Sequence record: NC_007821.1
Reading direction: 5' to 3' (one strand)
Length of the DNA stretch: 6,068 nucleotides
DNA from: Enterobacteria phage WA13
The notes beneath the pieces were generated by a model. The model had not been told where the DNA came from, searched no databases, and saw only the letters and a list, made by a program, of their open reading frames with translations. Shown in pieces: positions 4,956-6,068 of this stretch. The translations under genes were made by a program, and so were the position numbers. Numbering within the stretch: the stretch's first letter is position 1; each line of letters begins with the position of its first letter.

Positions 4956-5090
4956 AAGGCTGCCGCACTCCCGGTTAGATGCCTGCCTAGTGTAGGGCAG
5001 ACCGAGCCGTACGGAGATACCCGATAAACTAGGAACGTGGAAGGCGCAAGCCGCCTTCCCTCCTGCTAAGCCCCAAAAGGAGTTACAGCG
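4956..5090 (+). other. G-H intergenic region with stable hairpins; probable complementary (-) strand origin (DnaG primase-dependent, G4-type)
   Basis: 135-nt non-coding spacer, far longer than J-F or F-G. Contains a perfect 8-bp GC-rich hairpin (ggaaggcg / caagc / cgccttcc, 5039-5059), the palindrome ccgtacgg (5007-5014) and a ctgcc/ggcag stem-loop (4984-5000). From memory, the primase-dependent origin of alpha3/St-1/phiK maps between G and H, whereas G4 has it between F and G. H Shine-Dalgarno AAGGAG at 5077-5082. Confidence 0.4.
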
Positions 5091-6068
5091 ATGTTAGGTG
5101 CCGTTGTAGGTGGTATTGCTTCAGCCTTAGCTGGTGGAGCCGCTTCTAAGCTGTTTGGTGGTAAACCTGCCGCTCAAGCCGCTACCGAGTCCTCTGGCCT
5201 TTCTAATGGTCAAGGCGTTATTGGTATGGATCAAGATGCTGGTATTCAGTCAGCTATTCAGGGCTCTAATGTTCCCAATGGTCAGATTCCTGCCCCCACG
5301 CAGACTGGTGGCGTTATGTCTGATGCTAAAAATATGATTAAGAATGCTGGTAAAGATTTGCTTGATGGCGTTATGACCGCTGGAAGTGATCGCATTAAGC
5401 AGGCATTGGTTGATAAGTTGAGTGGTAACGATGCAAAGAAACAAGGACAAGCAACCCGTGATTACTTGGCTGCGGCCTTCCCTGAGCTCAATGCATGGGA
5501 ACGTGCTGGAGCTGGTGCTTCCGGTGCCGGATTGGAGTCTTCCGGCCAGAATCAGCAAAAGGAGTTGATGCGTATGCAGCTGGATACTCAGAAGGATATT
5601 GCTAAGATGCAAATGCATAATAATTTGCAGATTGCTGGTATTCAGTCCGCTACTTCTCGCGAGAATACGAAGGATTCAGTTTATGCTCAGAATGAGATGC
5701 TTAAATTTAATCAACAGGAGTCACAGGCACGCGTTGAGTCTATCCTCGCCAACACTGACCTTACGGCTAAACAGGCTGCCCATGAAATTATGAGAATGGC
5801 CCTTACTCGTGCTCAGGAGACTGGTCAGCATTTAACTAATAGTCAGATTATGGCATTGGAGAAAAAAGTTTATGCAGAAATCGGAAAAATTCATCAAGAT
5901 ACTCAAAACGCTCGTTATGGTAGCTCTCAAGTTACTGCTGCGGCGAAAGATGTTACGAATATGATTACCGATGCCACTTCTGGTGCTGCCGATTGGGTCT
6001 CTCAACAGTGGAATTCTTTCTTTAAAGATGGCAAGTCTAATGGTATTCCCCTCAATACCAGAAAATAA
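5091..6068 (+). CDS. H: Minor spike / DNA pilot protein H
   Basis: 325-aa ORF with AAGGAG 8 nt upstream. Matches phiX174 H (M.GA..GGIASALAGGA.SKLFGG, RDYLAAAFPELNAWERAGA, IAGIQSATSR.NTKD.VYAQNEML, QNARYGSS). The stop codon TAA is the last three bases of the window. Confidence 0.92.
   Translation: MLGAVVGGIASALAGGAASKLFGGKPAAQAATESSGLSNGQGVIGMDQDAGIQSAIQGSNVPNGQIPAPTQTGGVMSDAKNMIKNAGKDLLDGVMTAGSDRIKQALVDKLSGNDAKKQGQATRDYLAAAFPELNAWERAGAGASGAGLESSGQNQQKELMRMQLDTQKDIAKMQMHNNLQIAGIQSATSRENTKDSVYAQNEMLKFNQQESQARVESILANTDLTAKQAAHEIMRMALTRAQETGQHLTNSQIMALEKKVYAEIGKIHQDTQNARYGSSQVTAAAKDVTNMITDATSGAADWVSQQWNSFFKDGKSNGIPLNTRK

Noticed and set aside
5007-5014. Palindrome ccgtacgg as a restriction or regulatory site
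   Set aside because: A single 8-nt palindrome inside a hairpin-rich origin region is more simply part of origin secondary structure. No repeated operator-like copies were found elsewhere.
415-5618. All minus-strand ORFs in the supplied track (415..648, 741..1136, 1182..1649, 2222..2434, 2493..2780, 3170..3352, 3440..3694, 3995..4294, 4395..4925, 4712..4894, 5250..5618)
   Set aside because: In this phage family every known gene is on the packaged (+) strand, and these ORFs lie antisense to strongly supported genes. Their products are low-complexity and rich in Ser/Arg/Asn/Ile, as expected from reverse-complementing T-rich-wobble coding sequence. No Shine-Dalgarno support was found.
138-5793. 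Plus-strand alternative-frame ORFs (138..509, 781..1026, 1324..1632, 3738..3998, 4068..4364, 4639..4995, 5134..5337, 5599..5793)
   Set aside because: They overlap better-supported frames. Their translations are the Leu/Ser/Arg-rich strings typical of off-frame reading and they lack the third-position T bias. None matches a known microvirus overlapping gene (B, K and E are accounted for elsewhere).
1-6068. Novel defence or other multi-gene system, CRISPR array, tRNA, integrase or mobile element
   Set aside because: No direct-repeat/spacer arrays, no tRNA-like cloverleaf candidates, and no ORFs beyond the microvirus core plus three small spacer ORFs. The window is fully explained as a microvirus genome, and claiming a new system would be unsupported.

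Overview
This 6,068-nt window reads as a complete genome of an alpha3-like microvirus (Microviridae/Bullavirinae; phiX174/G4/alpha3 group), linearised immediately after the gene H stop codon. All canonical genes lie on the + strand in the classical order A(A*)-B-K-C-D-E-J-F-G-H, with the usual overlaps (B inside A, K across the A/C junction, E inside D). Also present are the conserved 30-nt viral-strand origin inside gene A, phiX-like PA and PD promoters, identical UUCG-tetraloop hairpins in the J-F and F-G spacers, and a hairpin-rich 135-nt G-H spacer that is the probable primase-dependent complementary-strand origin. I see no defence system, CRISPR array, tRNA or mobile element: this is a well-described phage family, not a new system. 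The one region the canonical gene set does not explain is the 758-nt H-A spacer (1-758). It holds three tandem + strand ORFs (122, 29 and 58 codons) with Shine-Dalgarno sequences and the same third-position-T codon bias as the bona fide phage genes, bracketed by two terminator-like hairpins that each sequester a ribosome-binding site. All identifications come from reading the sequence and from memory of phiX174-family proteins; no database search was run, and whether these spacer ORFs are already annotated in reference genomes must be checked.
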